DNA of 64,000 bases from Alphaproteobacteria bacterium (GTDB lineage Bacteria > Pseudomonadota > Alphaproteobacteria > RF32 > CAG-239). Location: the NCBI GenBank assembly GCA_045577985.1, contig JAZNJJ010000003.1, positions 87,192 through 151,191 on the forward strand, read 5' to 3'. This document shows, piece by piece, positions 43,357 to 53,677 of the stretch; positions within the stretch are counted from its first letter, which is position 1, and each line of letters begins with the position of its first letter. The position numbers were made by a program, and so were the translations under genes. The notes beneath the pieces are model-generated. The model saw only the letters and a list, made by a program, of their open reading frames with translations. It was not told the origin of the DNA and searched no databases.

Positions 43357-43587
43357 TTACTTATGCTTTGCTTCTTTTTTGGGAACAGGATCATATCCTG
43401 AGCCACCCCAAGGATGACATTTTACTAGTCGTTTTATGCCTAAATATATTCCTTTAAATATTCCATGTGTTTCAATAGCTTCAATCATATATTGCGAACA
43501 AGTGGGTCTAAACCGACATACACCTGGAAAAAATGGAGATATGAAAATTTGATAAAATTTAACCATTAATATTGGAATTTTCTTCAT
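43357..43587 (-). CDS. yidD: Membrane protein insertion efficiency factor YidD
   Basis: [32 protein letters not shown]...[13 protein letters not shown]. Confidence 0.85.
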   Translation of the reverse strand: MKKIPILMVKFYQIFISPFFPGVCRFRPTCSQYMIEAIETHGIFKGIYLGIKRLVKCHPWGGSGYDPVPKKEAKHK

Positions 43588-43957
43588 TATCGGCTTTGTC
43601 TCTCAATAATATTTTATTTGTCTTTTTTAAGGCCCAAATGATATCTTTTTTTAGATCTTCAAAAGAACAAGAAAAAGTATTATATCGCCCAACCAAGACA
43701 TAATCAATCATGTTAAGGGTATACTCATCATAAACTTCACGCATAACAGCTCTTAAACGTCGTTTTGTTTTGTTTCGAATATGAGCTTTACCTAGTCGTT
43801 TTGTCGCAGTAAAACCTACTCTTGCCTTTTTATTATCATCAATATCAGAATATAAAGAAGGAGCCGCCTGAATCATTACATTTTTTGAAACCATTGTAAT
43901 GTTTTTGGCGGCTCTTAAGAAATCTCTTCTCTTTTTCAGAACTAGAAATTTACTCAT
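43559..43957 (-). CDS. rnpA: RNase P protein component
   Basis: [29 protein letters not shown]. It lies immediately downstream of rpmH. Confidence 0.85.
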   Translation of the reverse strand: MSKFLVLKKRRDFLRAAKNITMVSKNVMIQAAPSLYSDIDDNKKARVGFTATKRLGKAHIRNKTKRRLRAVMREVYDEYTLNMIDYVLVGRYNTFSCSFEDLKKDIIWALKKTNKILLRDKADNEENSNING

Positions 43958-43967
43958 TTAAAAGTCA

Positions 43968-44102
43968 CTAAGCAGATAATCTTTTACGACCTCTAGCTCT
44001 GCGTGCAGCTAACACTTTACGTCCGCCAGCAGTAGCCATACGAGCTCTAAAACCATGGCGACGAGCACGAACTAATTTACTTGGTTGATATGTTCTTTTC
44101 AT
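43968..44102 (-). CDS. rpmH: 50S ribosomal protein L34
   Basis: Not in the ORF track because it is only 44 aa. Hand translation gives [51 protein letters not shown] upstream. Confidence 0.9.
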   Translation of the reverse strand: MKRTYQPSKLVRARRHGFRARMATAGGRKVLAARRARGRKRLSA

Positions 44103-44198
44103 TTTAAATCTCCGGTTATTTATTAATTATTTAAAGTCTAAAAGCTAGACTCTCGGTTATTTCAAGAAACTTATAAACACATAAAATCAATAAGTCAA

Positions 44199-44225
44199 TA
44201 AAAAAAAGCGACCACTGAGGTCGCT
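44199..44225 (-). terminator. Rho-independent terminator after the BI-1 family gene
   Basis: On the minus strand, AGCGACC-TCAGT-GGTCGCT is followed by a T9 run. Confidence 0.7.
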
Positions 44226-44245
44226 TGATAAGGATAAATGCTAAT

Positions 44246-44974
44246 TTATTTTCTATCACCCATTATTCTAATTAAAGCAATAAATAAATTTAAGAAGTCC
44301 AAATACAATGCTAATGCTCCAGATATTGCCTTTCTGGACGACATCTCTTCATTATCACCAGCAATATACATACCTTTTATTTTTTGTATATCATATGCTG
44401 TAAATCCTGTAAATAATACAACAGATACATAGGATAACATATAATACATTCCACTACTGTTCATAAAGATATTTACAATTGACGCAATAATAACACCAAC
44501 CAACCCCATCATTAGAAAAGAACGAAATGCTGTTAAATCTCTTTTAGTTGTATAACCAATCAAACTCATTGTTCCAAACATTGCAGCTGTTATTAAGAAT
44601 ACACGAGTAATGCTAGAAGCAGTATACGCAATAAGAATAGTGCCTAAAGAAGCTCCAACCAAAGCAGAGTATGTCCAAAACAGTATTTGTACTGTGGCAA
44701 AACTACCGTTTCTTAGTGCAGAATAGAATTGGAAGATAAGGAATAGTGGAGCAAAGGTAACAATCCACCCTATAGCTGATAATCCGGTTATCTGTCCTGC
44801 TGAATTTATTTTGAGCATATAAAAAAGTAATGATGTATTAGCAATAATATATGCACTTAATGCTGTAATACATAACCCCATACCCATATAATTGAAAACT
44901 TTTAACATATATTGACGAAGTCCTTCATCAATAACTTCTATACTTTTACTTGGTATTTCTTTAGTTTGAAACAT
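44246..44974 (-). CDS. BAX inhibitor-1/YccA-family membrane protein
   Basis: The start at 44974 follows GGAGGTTTTT. It has seven hydrophobic segments, the N-terminal LRQYMLKVFNYMGMGL pattern, and a charged C-terminal tail, all typical of the family. Confidence 0.75.
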   Translation of the reverse strand: MFQTKEIPSKSIEVIDEGLRQYMLKVFNYMGMGLCITALSAYIIANTSLLFYMLKINSAGQITGLSAIGWIVTFAPLFLIFQFYSALRNGSFATVQILFWTYSALVGASLGTILIAYTASSITRVFLITAAMFGTMSLIGYTTKRDLTAFRSFLMMGLVGVIIASIVNIFMNSSGMYYMLSYVSVVLFTGFTAYDIQKIKGMYIAGDNEEMSSRKAISGALALYLDFLNLFIALIRIMGDRK

Positions 44975-45096
44975 AAAAACCTCCATATATTTACACATAA
45001 AGAATATAGGGTGTGTAAAAATAAAAATCAATAATAATAAGAAAAAGCTTGGAATTTTTTTTAATATGGTATATCAGCTAGTCAGGAGAAAAAAAG

Positions 45097-45807
45097 ATGT
45101 ATAGTGAGAGATTTCAGCAATTTATAGAAATGTGGCGTAAGGATTTTGCCATAGAGAGAAGTATGAATGAAAAAGTTTGCGAAGATCGGGATGGTAACCC
45201 GATACCATGGTACACATATCCGGCTATAGAGTATATTTCGCAATTTGATTATAGTGATAAAAAAATATTTGAATTTGGAACGGGATATTCGTCAATGTAT
45301 TGGGCAAAACGTTCTAAAAAGGTTGTAAGTATTGAAGATAATGTTCAGTGGTTTGAAAAGTTTAAAACCGAATTTAAAGCTGAAAACTGGCAAATGCGTT
45401 ATTGTGATGAAAAGATGGGGTATGAGGATACTATATTTCAGGACAATGAAAAATATGATGTTATAGTTGTTGATGGAAAACGTCGGGCAGAATGTGCAGC
45501 AAACGCTGTAAAGGCGTTGGCAGATGGGGGGATGATTATTTTAGATGATAGTGATAGAATTAACACGAGTCAAGAATATGTAAATGCTGTTAAAATACTA
45601 AAAGAAGCAAATTTGTTGCAGGTTGATTTTTATGGATTCTGTCCGATGAATAATTATTCAAAGACAACATCTATATTCTTTTCAAGAAGCTTTAATTTTC
45701 CTTCACTATATACTATTCAACCAATAAATGGTTGGGGAAATATTTGGTCAATGAGTAGAAAAGAGCGTAAGCAATTTTTCCGAAAACAGAATGATGTTTT
45801 GGAATAG
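45097..45807 (+). CDS. Putative class I SAM-dependent methyltransferase-fold protein
   Basis: A glycine-rich motif-I-like IFEFGTGYSSMYW, then an acidic VVSIEDN, then DVIVVDGKRR...GGMIILDD. The assignment is by pattern only. Confidence 0.35.
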   Translation: MYSERFQQFIEMWRKDFAIERSMNEKVCEDRDGNPIPWYTYPAIEYISQFDYSDKKIFEFGTGYSSMYWAKRSKKVVSIEDNVQWFEKFKTEFKAENWQMRYCDEKMGYEDTIFQDNEKYDVIVVDGKRRAECAANAVKALADGGMIILDDSDRINTSQEYVNAVKILKEANLLQVDFYGFCPMNNYSKTTSIFFSRSFNFPSLYTIQPINGWGNIWSMSRKERKQFFRKQNDVLE

Positions 45808-45815
45808 TTTATATC

Positions 45816-46814
45816 TTACCCCAAACGTTGAATAATTTTTTTTGCGATATCTTCATATGCTTTCGTATATGGACTATCTGGAAATGTTGCAACAATCGGA
45901 GTTCCATTATCCGCATTTTTTCTTATCTCAATATGTAATGGAATTTCTCCTAAAAAGACTTCATTTAGATTATCCGCTATTTGTTTAGCTCCATCAGATC
46001 CGAATATATCTGCCTTATTTCCGCAATTAGGACAAACAAAATAGCTCATATTCTCAATGATTCCCAATATTGGAGAACCTGTTTTTTTAAACATATTAAC
46101 CCCTTTTATTGCGTCAATAAGTGCAATATCTTGAGGAGTTGAAACAATTACTATACCATCAAAGTCAATATGTTGAGATAGAGTTATTTGAATATCACCA
46201 GTGCCGGGAGGCATATCAATAACCATAATGTCAATATCATTCCATTTTGTTTGTGTTATCAATTGTTCTATTGCGCCACACGCTTTAGAGCCGCGCCATA
46301 TTAAGGGAGTATTTTTATCAATTAATGCACCAATGGATATGGATTCTATCCCGAAATCGCAAAAAGGATTAAAAGTTTCTTTATCATCCGACGTAATTGG
46401 TTGCCCTTCGTAGCCAAGCATTGTTGGTATAGATGGGCCATAAATATCCGCATCAACTAATGCAACTTTTTTTCCTTGATTAGCCAAGGCTAATGCTAAA
46501 TTAACGGATGTTGTGGATTTTCCAACTCCACCTTTGCCAGAGGCAACGCCTATAATCTTTTTTACATTCTTTATATTCCATTTTGCAATTGCCTGTGTAG
46601 ATATATTAGAGTTCTTTTCTTCTATAAAGGCCATTGAAATTTTTTTATTTACATCTAAAGAAAAAAGTTCTTCTTTCACTCTTTTTGAGAGTTCAGGGTT
46701 TTCACTGATGTTTTTAAATTCAATGATGATTCTATTATCCAAAATTTTTACCTTCGATATATTCTTTCTAGGATAGTATTTTGCTACAACATTAGTAACA
46801 TATTCTTCACTCAT
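45816..46814 (-). CDS. Mrp/ApbC-family Fe-S cluster carrier ATPase
   Basis: Deviant Walker A SGKGGVGKST, CPNCG motif, and an N-terminal MIP18-like region. Confidence 0.85.
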   Translation of the reverse strand: MSEEYVTNVVAKYYPRKNISKVKILDNRIIIEFKNISENPELSKRVKEELFSLDVNKKISMAFIEEKNSNISTQAIAKWNIKNVKKIIGVASGKGGVGKSTTSVNLALALANQGKKVALVDADIYGPSIPTMLGYEGQPITSDDKETFNPFCDFGIESISIGALIDKNTPLIWRGSKACGAIEQLITQTKWNDIDIMVIDMPPGTGDIQITLSQHIDFDGIVIVSTPQDIALIDAIKGVNMFKKTGSPILGIIENMSYFVCPNCGNKADIFGSDGAKQIADNLNEVFLGEIPLHIEIRKNADNGTPIVATFPDSPYTKAYEDIAKKIIQRLG

Positions 46815-46914
46815 TAAAACTCTCCAATGTGGATATTATTTTTAACCTAATTGTTTTTATCTAATATTTAGATTATTTTAATGCAAGAATTATTTTTTAT
46901 AAAAAGGAATTGAT

Positions 46915-47964
46915 ATGGGTAAGAAATTAAATCCTTGGGATGATGAAGGTGGTGAAGAACTTTGGCCTGCTAATGGTGGTGTTCTGCATAAAAATAAAAT
47001 AGTTGATTTTGGTAAAATTGCAAAATTAAATGGTTCAAAAAATAATTTTGGAGGGTATTCAAAATATTTATTGTTCTTTGTTTTGTTTTTGTGGTTGTTA
47101 TCAGGTTTTTATCAGGTTCAGCCTAGTGAAGAGGGTGTCGTACTGCGCTTTGGTAAATATGTTTATACAACAGATGCTGGATTGCATTATCATATTCCAT
47201 ATCCAATTGAGGAGGTTATAAAGGTTAATGTATCTCAAGAGAGAAGTATCAATTTAGGAACAGGAGATAGTCGAGATTATCGTAATAACTCTTTTACAGA
47301 AAGTCATATGCTTACGGGAGATGAAAATATTGTTGATATAAATCTTACTGTTGTGTGGCGTATTAAGGATGCAAAGAATTATTTGTTTAAGATGCGTAGC
47401 CCTGATGAAACTGTTAAGGTCGCTGCTCAATCTGTTTTAAGAGAAATTGTCGGACAGTCTGAAATGCAACCGATTATCACTGGTGATCGAGGTAAAGTTG
47501 AGGATGAAACAAAAGAAGAGTTGCAACGTGTTCTTGACGAATTTGAGGCAGGGGTGCAAATTGTTCGTGTAAAGTTGCAAAAGGCAGATCCTCCGAGAGA
47601 AGTTGTTGATGCATTTAACGAAGTTCAGCGTGCAAAGGCTGATATGGAGAGGTTTAAAAATGAAGCTGAGGCATATAGGAATGAAGTTCTGCCTAAAGCA
47701 AGAGGACGTGCAGCTCAAATATCTCAAGATGCAGAAGCATATAAAGCAGCAACTATTAATAAGGCAGAGGGTGAGGCAAAACGTTTTGCTTCGGTTTATG
47801 AGGCCTATAAAAATGGTAAAACTGTAACAATAAAGAAAATGTATCTTGAAGCAATAGAAGATGTTTTAAAGAAATCAAATAAAGTTATTGTTGATCCATC
47901 TCAAAAAGGACATCTATTGCCTGTGTTGCAATTAAATAATCAAACACCATCTTTGAGTAAATAA
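46915..47964 (+). CDS. hflK: Protease modulator HflK (SPFH/band-7)
   Basis: N-terminal TM, an SPFH domain (QVQPSEEGVVLRFGKY...), and a C-terminal coiled coil. It is paired with hflC. Confidence 0.85.
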   Translation: MGKKLNPWDDEGGEELWPANGGVLHKNKIVDFGKIAKLNGSKNNFGGYSKYLLFFVLFLWLLSGFYQVQPSEEGVVLRFGKYVYTTDAGLHYHIPYPIEEVIKVNVSQERSINLGTGDSRDYRNNSFTESHMLTGDENIVDINLTVVWRIKDAKNYLFKMRSPDETVKVAAQSVLREIVGQSEMQPIITGDRGKVEDETKEELQRVLDEFEAGVQIVRVKLQKADPPREVVDAFNEVQRAKADMERFKNEAEAYRNEVLPKARGRAAQISQDAEAYKAATINKAEGEAKRFASVYEAYKNGKTVTIKKMYLEAIEDVLKKSNKVIVDPSQKGHLLPVLQLNNQTPSLSK

Positions 47965-47974
47965 GAGAGAGGTA

Positions 47975-48856
47975 ATGAAAATGAAGAAAATTAATTTGTT
48001 TCAATATATAATAATCTCAGCAGTTGCGTTGTTTGTGTTATTATTTAGTTCTGCTTATATTGTATATCAGCCGGAGCAAGCTCTTGTTTTGCAATTTGGT
48101 GAGCCTGTTCGTCTGGTTACAGAACCGGGATTAAAATTAAAAATACCATTTATTCAAAATGTAATTTTTTATGATGCACGTTTATTAAATCTGGATCCTC
48201 CTGCACAAGAAGTTGTTTTGAATGATAAAAAACGTTTAGATGTTGACAGTTTTACCAGATATAAAATTGTAGATCCTCTGAAGTTCTATAAAACAGTTCG
48301 TACAGAGATGCAGGCGCGTAGTAAGTTAGCAGAAATTGTTAACTCATCAGTTCGAAAAGTTTTGGGTCGTAGTACATTAACAGAACTTCTTTCTGAACAA
48401 CGTACAGAAGTAATGCATGAAATCAGTAAAACAGTTAAGAAAGATGCGGAAGCTATAGGTGTTAGCGTTGCAGATGTGCGGATTCGTAGAGCTGATTTAC
48501 CTATAGAAGTTATGCAAGCTATAAATGAAAGAATGAAAACTGAGCGAGAACGAGATGCAAAAGAATTTAGGGCTAAAGGACAACAGCAAGCCCAAAATAT
48601 CCGAGCAACAGCTGATAAAGAGGCGACCATAATTATCGCAGAGGCTGAGAAAAATGCTCAAATAACTCGAGGAGAAGGGGATAAAACAGCAGTTGTTTTA
48701 TGGAATAAAACGGTTGGAAAGGATGTTGAATTTTACGAATTTTATAGATCTTTAGAGGCATATAAAAAGTCATTGTCGGATACAGAAACTTCTTTGGTTC
48801 TTTCTCCCGATTCTGAATTTTTTAAATATTTTAATAAAACAATGAGGAACTATTAA
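47975..48856 (+). CDS. hflC: Protease modulator HflC (SPFH/band-7)
   Basis: IVYQPEQALVLQFGEPVR..., an SPFH domain, and a position right after hflK. Confidence 0.85.
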   Translation: MKMKKINLFQYIIISAVALFVLLFSSAYIVYQPEQALVLQFGEPVRLVTEPGLKLKIPFIQNVIFYDARLLNLDPPAQEVVLNDKKRLDVDSFTRYKIVDPLKFYKTVRTEMQARSKLAEIVNSSVRKVLGRSTLTELLSEQRTEVMHEISKTVKKDAEAIGVSVADVRIRRADLPIEVMQAINERMKTERERDAKEFRAKGQQQAQNIRATADKEATIIIAEAEKNAQITRGEGDKTAVVLWNKTVGKDVEFYEFYRSLEAYKKSLSDTETSLVLSPDSEFFKYFNKTMRNY

Positions 48857-48859
48857 AAT

Positions 48860-50161
48860 ATGCAAAAAATTATATACTTTTTTATCTGTTTACTTATTTC
48901 TAGTGTATCCAAAGCTCATGATTTTACTTTGGAAGACGTTATTGAAAACGTAAATTCATCGGTTGTAAGTATAAATGTCAAAACGGATGAAACAGAAGCA
49001 TTGGGTGCAGGTATTATAATAGATACATCTGGGTATATTGTTACCAATGCTCATGTTACGGAAAAGGCCAAGAAAATAGTTGTAATTACAGTCGATGACG
49101 AATATTACGAAGCGGAACTTATTGGTTCAGATGATAAAACAGATATAGCTCTATTAAAAATATCAGGAAATATCGATGTTAAAGCGATTGAATTTGGTGA
49201 TTCTGAACTAATAAGAGTTGGCTCTCCTGTTTTTGCAATAGGCAATCCTTTTGGTTTGGGAAATAGCGTATCTTTAGGTATTATCTCTGCAAAGGAGCGG
49301 GATATAGAAAAAGGCCCTTATGATAATTTTATTCAGACAGATGCTTCTATTAATCAAGGAAATTCTGGCGGTCCTCTTTTTAACAAACATGGTGAAGTTA
49401 TTGGTATAAATACGGCTATTTTTTCTACAGATGGTAAAAATACCGGAGTTGCGTTTGCAACCCCTTCTAATATTGTTAAATGGGTGGTAGATCAAATAAA
49501 ACAAAATGGCAAAGTTATTCGAGGGTGGCTTGGAATAAGTGTTAAAAAGGTAAGTAATAAAAAAATGCAACAAGGGACATCTCTTGCAGTATCATCAATG
49601 GTTGAAAATTCACCAGCTTCCAAAACAGGAATAAAAGTTGGCGATGTCATTGAGGCTTTTGGTGAAATTTCTTTGGATAATCCTCGAAAATTCTCCCTAG
49701 GTATTTCTAAGATAGCTCCTGAAACTACAGTGCCTGTAACTATAAGTAGAGATGGTAGTGTCTTTGATTTACAGATTAAAATAGCTGAAATGCCTTCAGA
49801 TGATACAAATAATCTAAATACAGAAAACAATATAAAAAGCTTTTCAGATTTAGGTATTGATAAATATAGTATAAAAAAAGCAAAATATTTTCCTGAAATA
49901 GGTTTAAAAGCGTATTATGATACTGTTGAACAGGAGTTCGTTGTTGTAGAGGTTGTAACTGCTTCTGAAGCTTATAATAAAGGCATAAAAGTAGGTAATA
50001 GATTTAGTGAAATAGATGATAAAAAAGTTTTTAGCGAGGAAGATTTACGCATAAAGATAAAGGAAGCTTCTGAAAATAAAAAAATAAAAATTTCTTTACG
50101 TGATGAAAAAGATATATTGACCTTTACAGTTTATTTGAATTTGGAATCTCAAAATGATTAG
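48860..50161 (+). CDS. DegP/HtrA-family periplasmic serine protease with PDZ domains
   Basis: The catalytic triad contexts are TNAHV, DIALLKI and GNSGGPLF. A signal peptide and C-terminal PDZ-like regions are present. Confidence 0.85.
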   Translation: MQKIIYFFICLLISSVSKAHDFTLEDVIENVNSSVVSINVKTDETEALGAGIIIDTSGYIVTNAHVTEKAKKIVVITVDDEYYEAELIGSDDKTDIALLKISGNIDVKAIEFGDSELIRVGSPVFAIGNPFGLGNSVSLGIISAKERDIEKGPYDNFIQTDASINQGNSGGPLFNKHGEVIGINTAIFSTDGKNTGVAFATPSNIVKWVVDQIKQNGKVIRGWLGISVKKVSNKKMQQGTSLAVSSMVENSPASKTGIKVGDVIEAFGEISLDNPRKFSLGISKIAPETTVPVTISRDGSVFDLQIKIAEMPSDDTNNLNTENNIKSFSDLGIDKYSIKKAKYFPEIGLKAYYDTVEQEFVVVEVVTASEAYNKGIKVGNRFSEIDDKKVFSEEDLRIKIKEASENKKIKISLRDEKDILTFTVYLNLESQND

Positions 50162-50597
50162 AATAGATTTTTATCATTTACAAAAACAAACATTAGAAGA
50201 AGTGCTACCAAAATTATTGAGTAAAGCCTATGTTACAGGAACGAGAATAAAAATAAAAACTTTAGAAGATAGGGTGGAATATATAAATTCTTTTTTGTGG
50301 AGTTTTAATGATGAAAGTTTTCTGCCTCACGGCTCCAAAAAAGATGGTTTTGCTGAAGAACAACCTATATGGATAAGTTCAGATTCTAATAATTCTAATC
50401 ACGCTGAATTTTTGTTTTTAATTGATGGTGCTGAAGATAACGTTTCGCAATATAATAGAGTGTTTAACATATTTAATGGAAACTCTGAAGAGGCTTTAAG
50501 CCAAGCAAGGAGATTATGGAAAGAATATAAGAACGCTGGATACGAGGTCTATTATTGGCAGCAATCACCATCTGGTAATTGGGAACAAAAGTCTTAA
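50154..50597 (+). CDS. holC: DNA polymerase III chi subunit
   Basis: IDFYHL...VLPKLLSKAYVTGTRIKI...INSFLWSFNDESFLPHG fits the chi-subunit pattern. 147 aa. Confidence 0.75.
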   Translation: MIRIDFYHLQKQTLEEVLPKLLSKAYVTGTRIKIKTLEDRVEYINSFLWSFNDESFLPHGSKKDGFAEEQPIWISSDSNNSNHAEFLFLIDGAEDNVSQYNRVFNIFNGNSEEALSQARRLWKEYKNAGYEVYYWQQSPSGNWEQKS

Positions 50598-50679
50598 AAG
50601 TCGCAGTTTAAAAAAAACTTGCTAAATTATAATAAAAGTGCTACATTGCAGCGGTATTAATTTTTTAAAGGAGATTAAT

Positions 50680-51777
50680 GTGAGCGAAAATAAAGACATT
50701 ATGTCCGTTGGCGATTCTATTAATTTTAATACTGAGATGCGACAAGTTGCCGGTAGCGATATTCGTGAAAGTGTACAACAAAACGCAAAGATAATACCAA
50801 TGGATGCATTGATGCTTGAGAAACAAGATCTGGATGTTGCCAAACAAACAATTGATCAAGAAATCGAAGCATTAAGGTCAATGGAAAGCGAACTAAATAT
50901 TTCATTAACAAAAGTTTTGGACCTTTTACAAAATACTAAAGGTCGTGTAATTGTAACCGGTATGGGTAAATCTGGACACATAGCAAGCAAAATAAGTGCT
51001 ACTATGGCATCTACAGGAACACCTGCATTCTTTCTACATCCTGGAGAAGCCAGCCACGGTGATTTGGGAATGATAACTACAAATGATACAGTTATTGCTA
51101 TTTCTAATAGTGGTGAATCAAGAGAATTGTCAGATATAATTACATATTGTAAACGTTTTTCTATACCTCTAGTTGGTATGACGAAAAATCCCGAAAGTTC
51201 TTTAGGAAAGTGTAGCGATTATCTATTAAAATTGCCATCTAACAAGGAAGCTTGCCCATTAGGATTAGCTCCAATGTCTTCTACAACGGCAACTCTTGTT
51301 ATGGGTGATATTTTAGCAGCGAACTTAATGGTAAGAAGAGGATTCACAGCAGAAGATTTCAAGATTCGTCATCCTGGAGGAAAACTTGGTTCAGTACTCC
51401 GTCATGTTGCAGATGTTATGCATACAGGCAGTGAAATGCCTTTAATTGATGAAAATGCGATCATGCAAGATGCATTAATCACAATGTCTGAAAAAATGCT
51501 TGGTTGTGTTGGGATTATTAATACTGCTGGAGAACTTATCGGATTGATTACTGATGGTGATTTACGTCGTTGGATGTCTCCTGATTTAATATCTACAAAA
51601 GTTACAGATGTAATGACTAAAAATCCAAAAACAATATCTTCAGAGGCATTGATTGCTGAAGCTGTTAATATTATGAACAATACAGGTAGAGGTATAACAA
51701 ATTTATTTGTTGTATCAAATAAAAAACCTATTGGAATCATACATATTCATGATTGCTTAAAAGCTGGAGCCAGCTAA
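50680..51777 (+). CDS. kdsD: Arabinose-5-phosphate isomerase (KdsD/KpsF; SIS + 2 CBS)
   Basis: VTGMGKSGHIASKISATMASTGTPAFFLHPGEASHGDLGMI, with a C-terminal CBS pair. The GTG at 50680 follows AAGGAGATTAAT. The true start is uncertain and could be as late as 50800. Confidence 0.8.
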   Translation: MSENKDIMSVGDSINFNTEMRQVAGSDIRESVQQNAKIIPMDALMLEKQDLDVAKQTIDQEIEALRSMESELNISLTKVLDLLQNTKGRVIVTGMGKSGHIASKISATMASTGTPAFFLHPGEASHGDLGMITTNDTVIAISNSGESRELSDIITYCKRFSIPLVGMTKNPESSLGKCSDYLLKLPSNKEACPLGLAPMSSTTATLVMGDILAANLMVRRGFTAEDFKIRHPGGKLGSVLRHVADVMHTGSEMPLIDENAIMQDALITMSEKMLGCVGIINTAGELIGLITDGDLRRWMSPDLISTKVTDVMTKNPKTISSEALIAEAVNIMNNTGRGITNLFVVSNKKPIGIIHIHDCLKAGAS

Positions 51778-51780
51778 TTT

Positions 51781-52830
51781 ATGTTTGATTTTGGCAAGAT
51801 AGATGCTTTTTTCAATGGAGATAAGCCTTTTGATAATAGAAAAAAGGATAATTCTCCTAAAATATCACCGTGGCAACGTTTTGTTAAATTAGGTTTTCCA
51901 TGCGTTGCTGCGGTCATTTTAGGTGTAATGATTGTCCTGCCAAATATAAAAAAGAGTATTGATTTACATAACGATATTACAATACCTCGCAAAAATGAAC
52001 TAGAAAAATTACATATTGAAGAAACTGTCTTTAATTCCACAGACAATAAAAATAGAGTAAGTACCATTATTGCAGACAGCGTTGATGAGGTTGCTCCTGG
52101 TTCTAATGAAGTCAAAATAACAAATCCTCACGGAAATATTCCTACAGATAATGGTGAGGTTCTAATATTTTCAGATGAAGGATATTTTAATCAAAAGGAA
52201 AATATTTTAACCTTAGCTAACAATGTTAAAGCTATTGTTGATACTAAAACAACAATCAATACTGATAAAGCTATATATGAATTTAATAATGACTATGGAT
52301 ATGGAAAAAATCGCATATATGTTGCTGGTGAGTGGGGTACTATAGATGCAGAAGGTTTTGAGTATTATAAAAAAGATAATATTTTAGTATTAACGGGGCA
52401 TTCTATAATTTCTACAAAAGATGGGATTTTGACGTCTGAAAAAGAAACAAAATATTTTCAAAACGAGAATAAAACTATATCTATTGGAAACGTGGTTATT
52501 CACCATGAACATAATATATTAAAAGCAGATAAAGTTATTGGCTATTTTTCAGGAGAAGGAAAAAAGGAATTGCAGAAAGTTGAAGCATTCGGTAATGTGT
52601 TTGTAATAACACCAAAAGGAACTGCGAAGGGAGATAAAGGGATTTACAATCCTAAAAAATCTGTAGTAGAATTAATTGATAACGTTCAAATAGAACAAAA
52701 TGGTAATTTTATAAAAGGTAGTAGAGCTGAAACAAATCTAACTACGTCGATCAGCAAAATGACCGCTGATAAAGATAAGGGCGAACGGATAACCGGAACT
52801 TTTTATAATAAAAGGAAATCCTCAAAATGA
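51781..52830 (+). CDS. LptC/LptA-like protein with two OstA-type domains in one ORF
   Basis: It has an N-terminal anchor FPCVAAVILGVMIVLPN. An LptC-like half follows (VKITNPHG...ILTLANNVKAIVDTKTTINTDKAIYEF). Then comes an LptA-like half (GNVVIHHEHNILKADKVIGYF...VEAFGNVFVITPKGTAKGDKGIYNP...VELIDNVQIEQNGNFIKGSRAE). There is no internal signal peptide. It is coupled to lptB (ATGA). Confidence 0.55.
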   Translation: MFDFGKIDAFFNGDKPFDNRKKDNSPKISPWQRFVKLGFPCVAAVILGVMIVLPNIKKSIDLHNDITIPRKNELEKLHIEETVFNSTDNKNRVSTIIADSVDEVAPGSNEVKITNPHGNIPTDNGEVLIFSDEGYFNQKENILTLANNVKAIVDTKTTINTDKAIYEFNNDYGYGKNRIYVAGEWGTIDAEGFEYYKKDNILVLTGHSIISTKDGILTSEKETKYFQNENKTISIGNVVIHHEHNILKADKVIGYFSGEGKKELQKVEAFGNVFVITPKGTAKGDKGIYNPKKSVVELIDNVQIEQNGNFIKGSRAETNLTTSISKMTADKDKGERITGTFYNKRKSSK

Positions 52831-53573
52831 TAGTAAAACAATCCAATGAAAATTCTGTACTTGAAATTTTCAACATAGGAAAAAAATATAAGAAACGTAC
52901 AGTTCTAAAAAATGTATCACTCCATGTAAAAAAAGGTGAAGCCGTGGGGCTATTGGGACCTAATGGAGCAGGTAAAACAACATGCTTTTATTGTGTTACA
53001 GGATTAATTACACCTGATTATGGTGATGTTTACATAAACGGACAGGATATTACAGAATTGCCAATGTACAAGAGGGCAAAAATGGGAATAGGCTATCTTC
53101 CTCAAGAAGCTTCTATTTTTCGGACACTAAGTGTTGAGGATAATATCAAAGCGGTATTACAAGTTGCTATTGAAGATGAAAGTGAAAGAGAAAATCTATT
53201 AGAAGAACTTTTAAATGAATTTTCTATATCTCACTTAAGGAAGTCTCCAGCATTAGCTCTTTCTGGTGGAGAAAGACGACGTTTAGAGATAGCTAGAGCC
53301 TTAGCTAGTAAGCCTAATTTCATATTATTGGATGAGCCTCTTGCCGGAATTGATCCAATTGCTGTTGGTGAGATTCGTTCTTTGGTTGCTCAACTCAAAA
53401 ATAGAGGATTGGGAGTGTTGATAACGGATCATAATGTTCGTGAAACATTAGATATTATAGATCGGGCATATATTTTACATGGCGGTACTGTTTTAATGGA
53501 GGGAACTCCTTCGGAAATAGTAGCAAATGAAGAGGTTAGAAAAGTATATTTAGGTGATAATTTTTCTCTATAA
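52827..53573 (+). CDS. lptB: LPS export ABC ATPase LptB
   Basis: Walker A GPNGAGKTT, signature LSGGERRR, Walker B ILLDEP. Synteny with lptC/A. Confidence 0.9.
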   Translation: MIVKQSNENSVLEIFNIGKKYKKRTVLKNVSLHVKKGEAVGLLGPNGAGKTTCFYCVTGLITPDYGDVYINGQDITELPMYKRAKMGIGYLPQEASIFRTLSVEDNIKAVLQVAIEDESERENLLEELLNEFSISHLRKSPALALSGGERRRLEIARALASKPNFILLDEPLAGIDPIAVGEIRSLVAQLKNRGLGVLITDHNVRETLDIIDRAYILHGGTVLMEGTPSEIVANEEVRKVYLGDNFSL

Positions 53574-53677
53574 AATCACAATAATATTTACTTTTGATTA
53601 AATATGTTTTACTATAAATACAATACAAAAAAGAAAGGGCGCTTATGCCTAAATAATAAAGAAAGACGAGGTAAATT

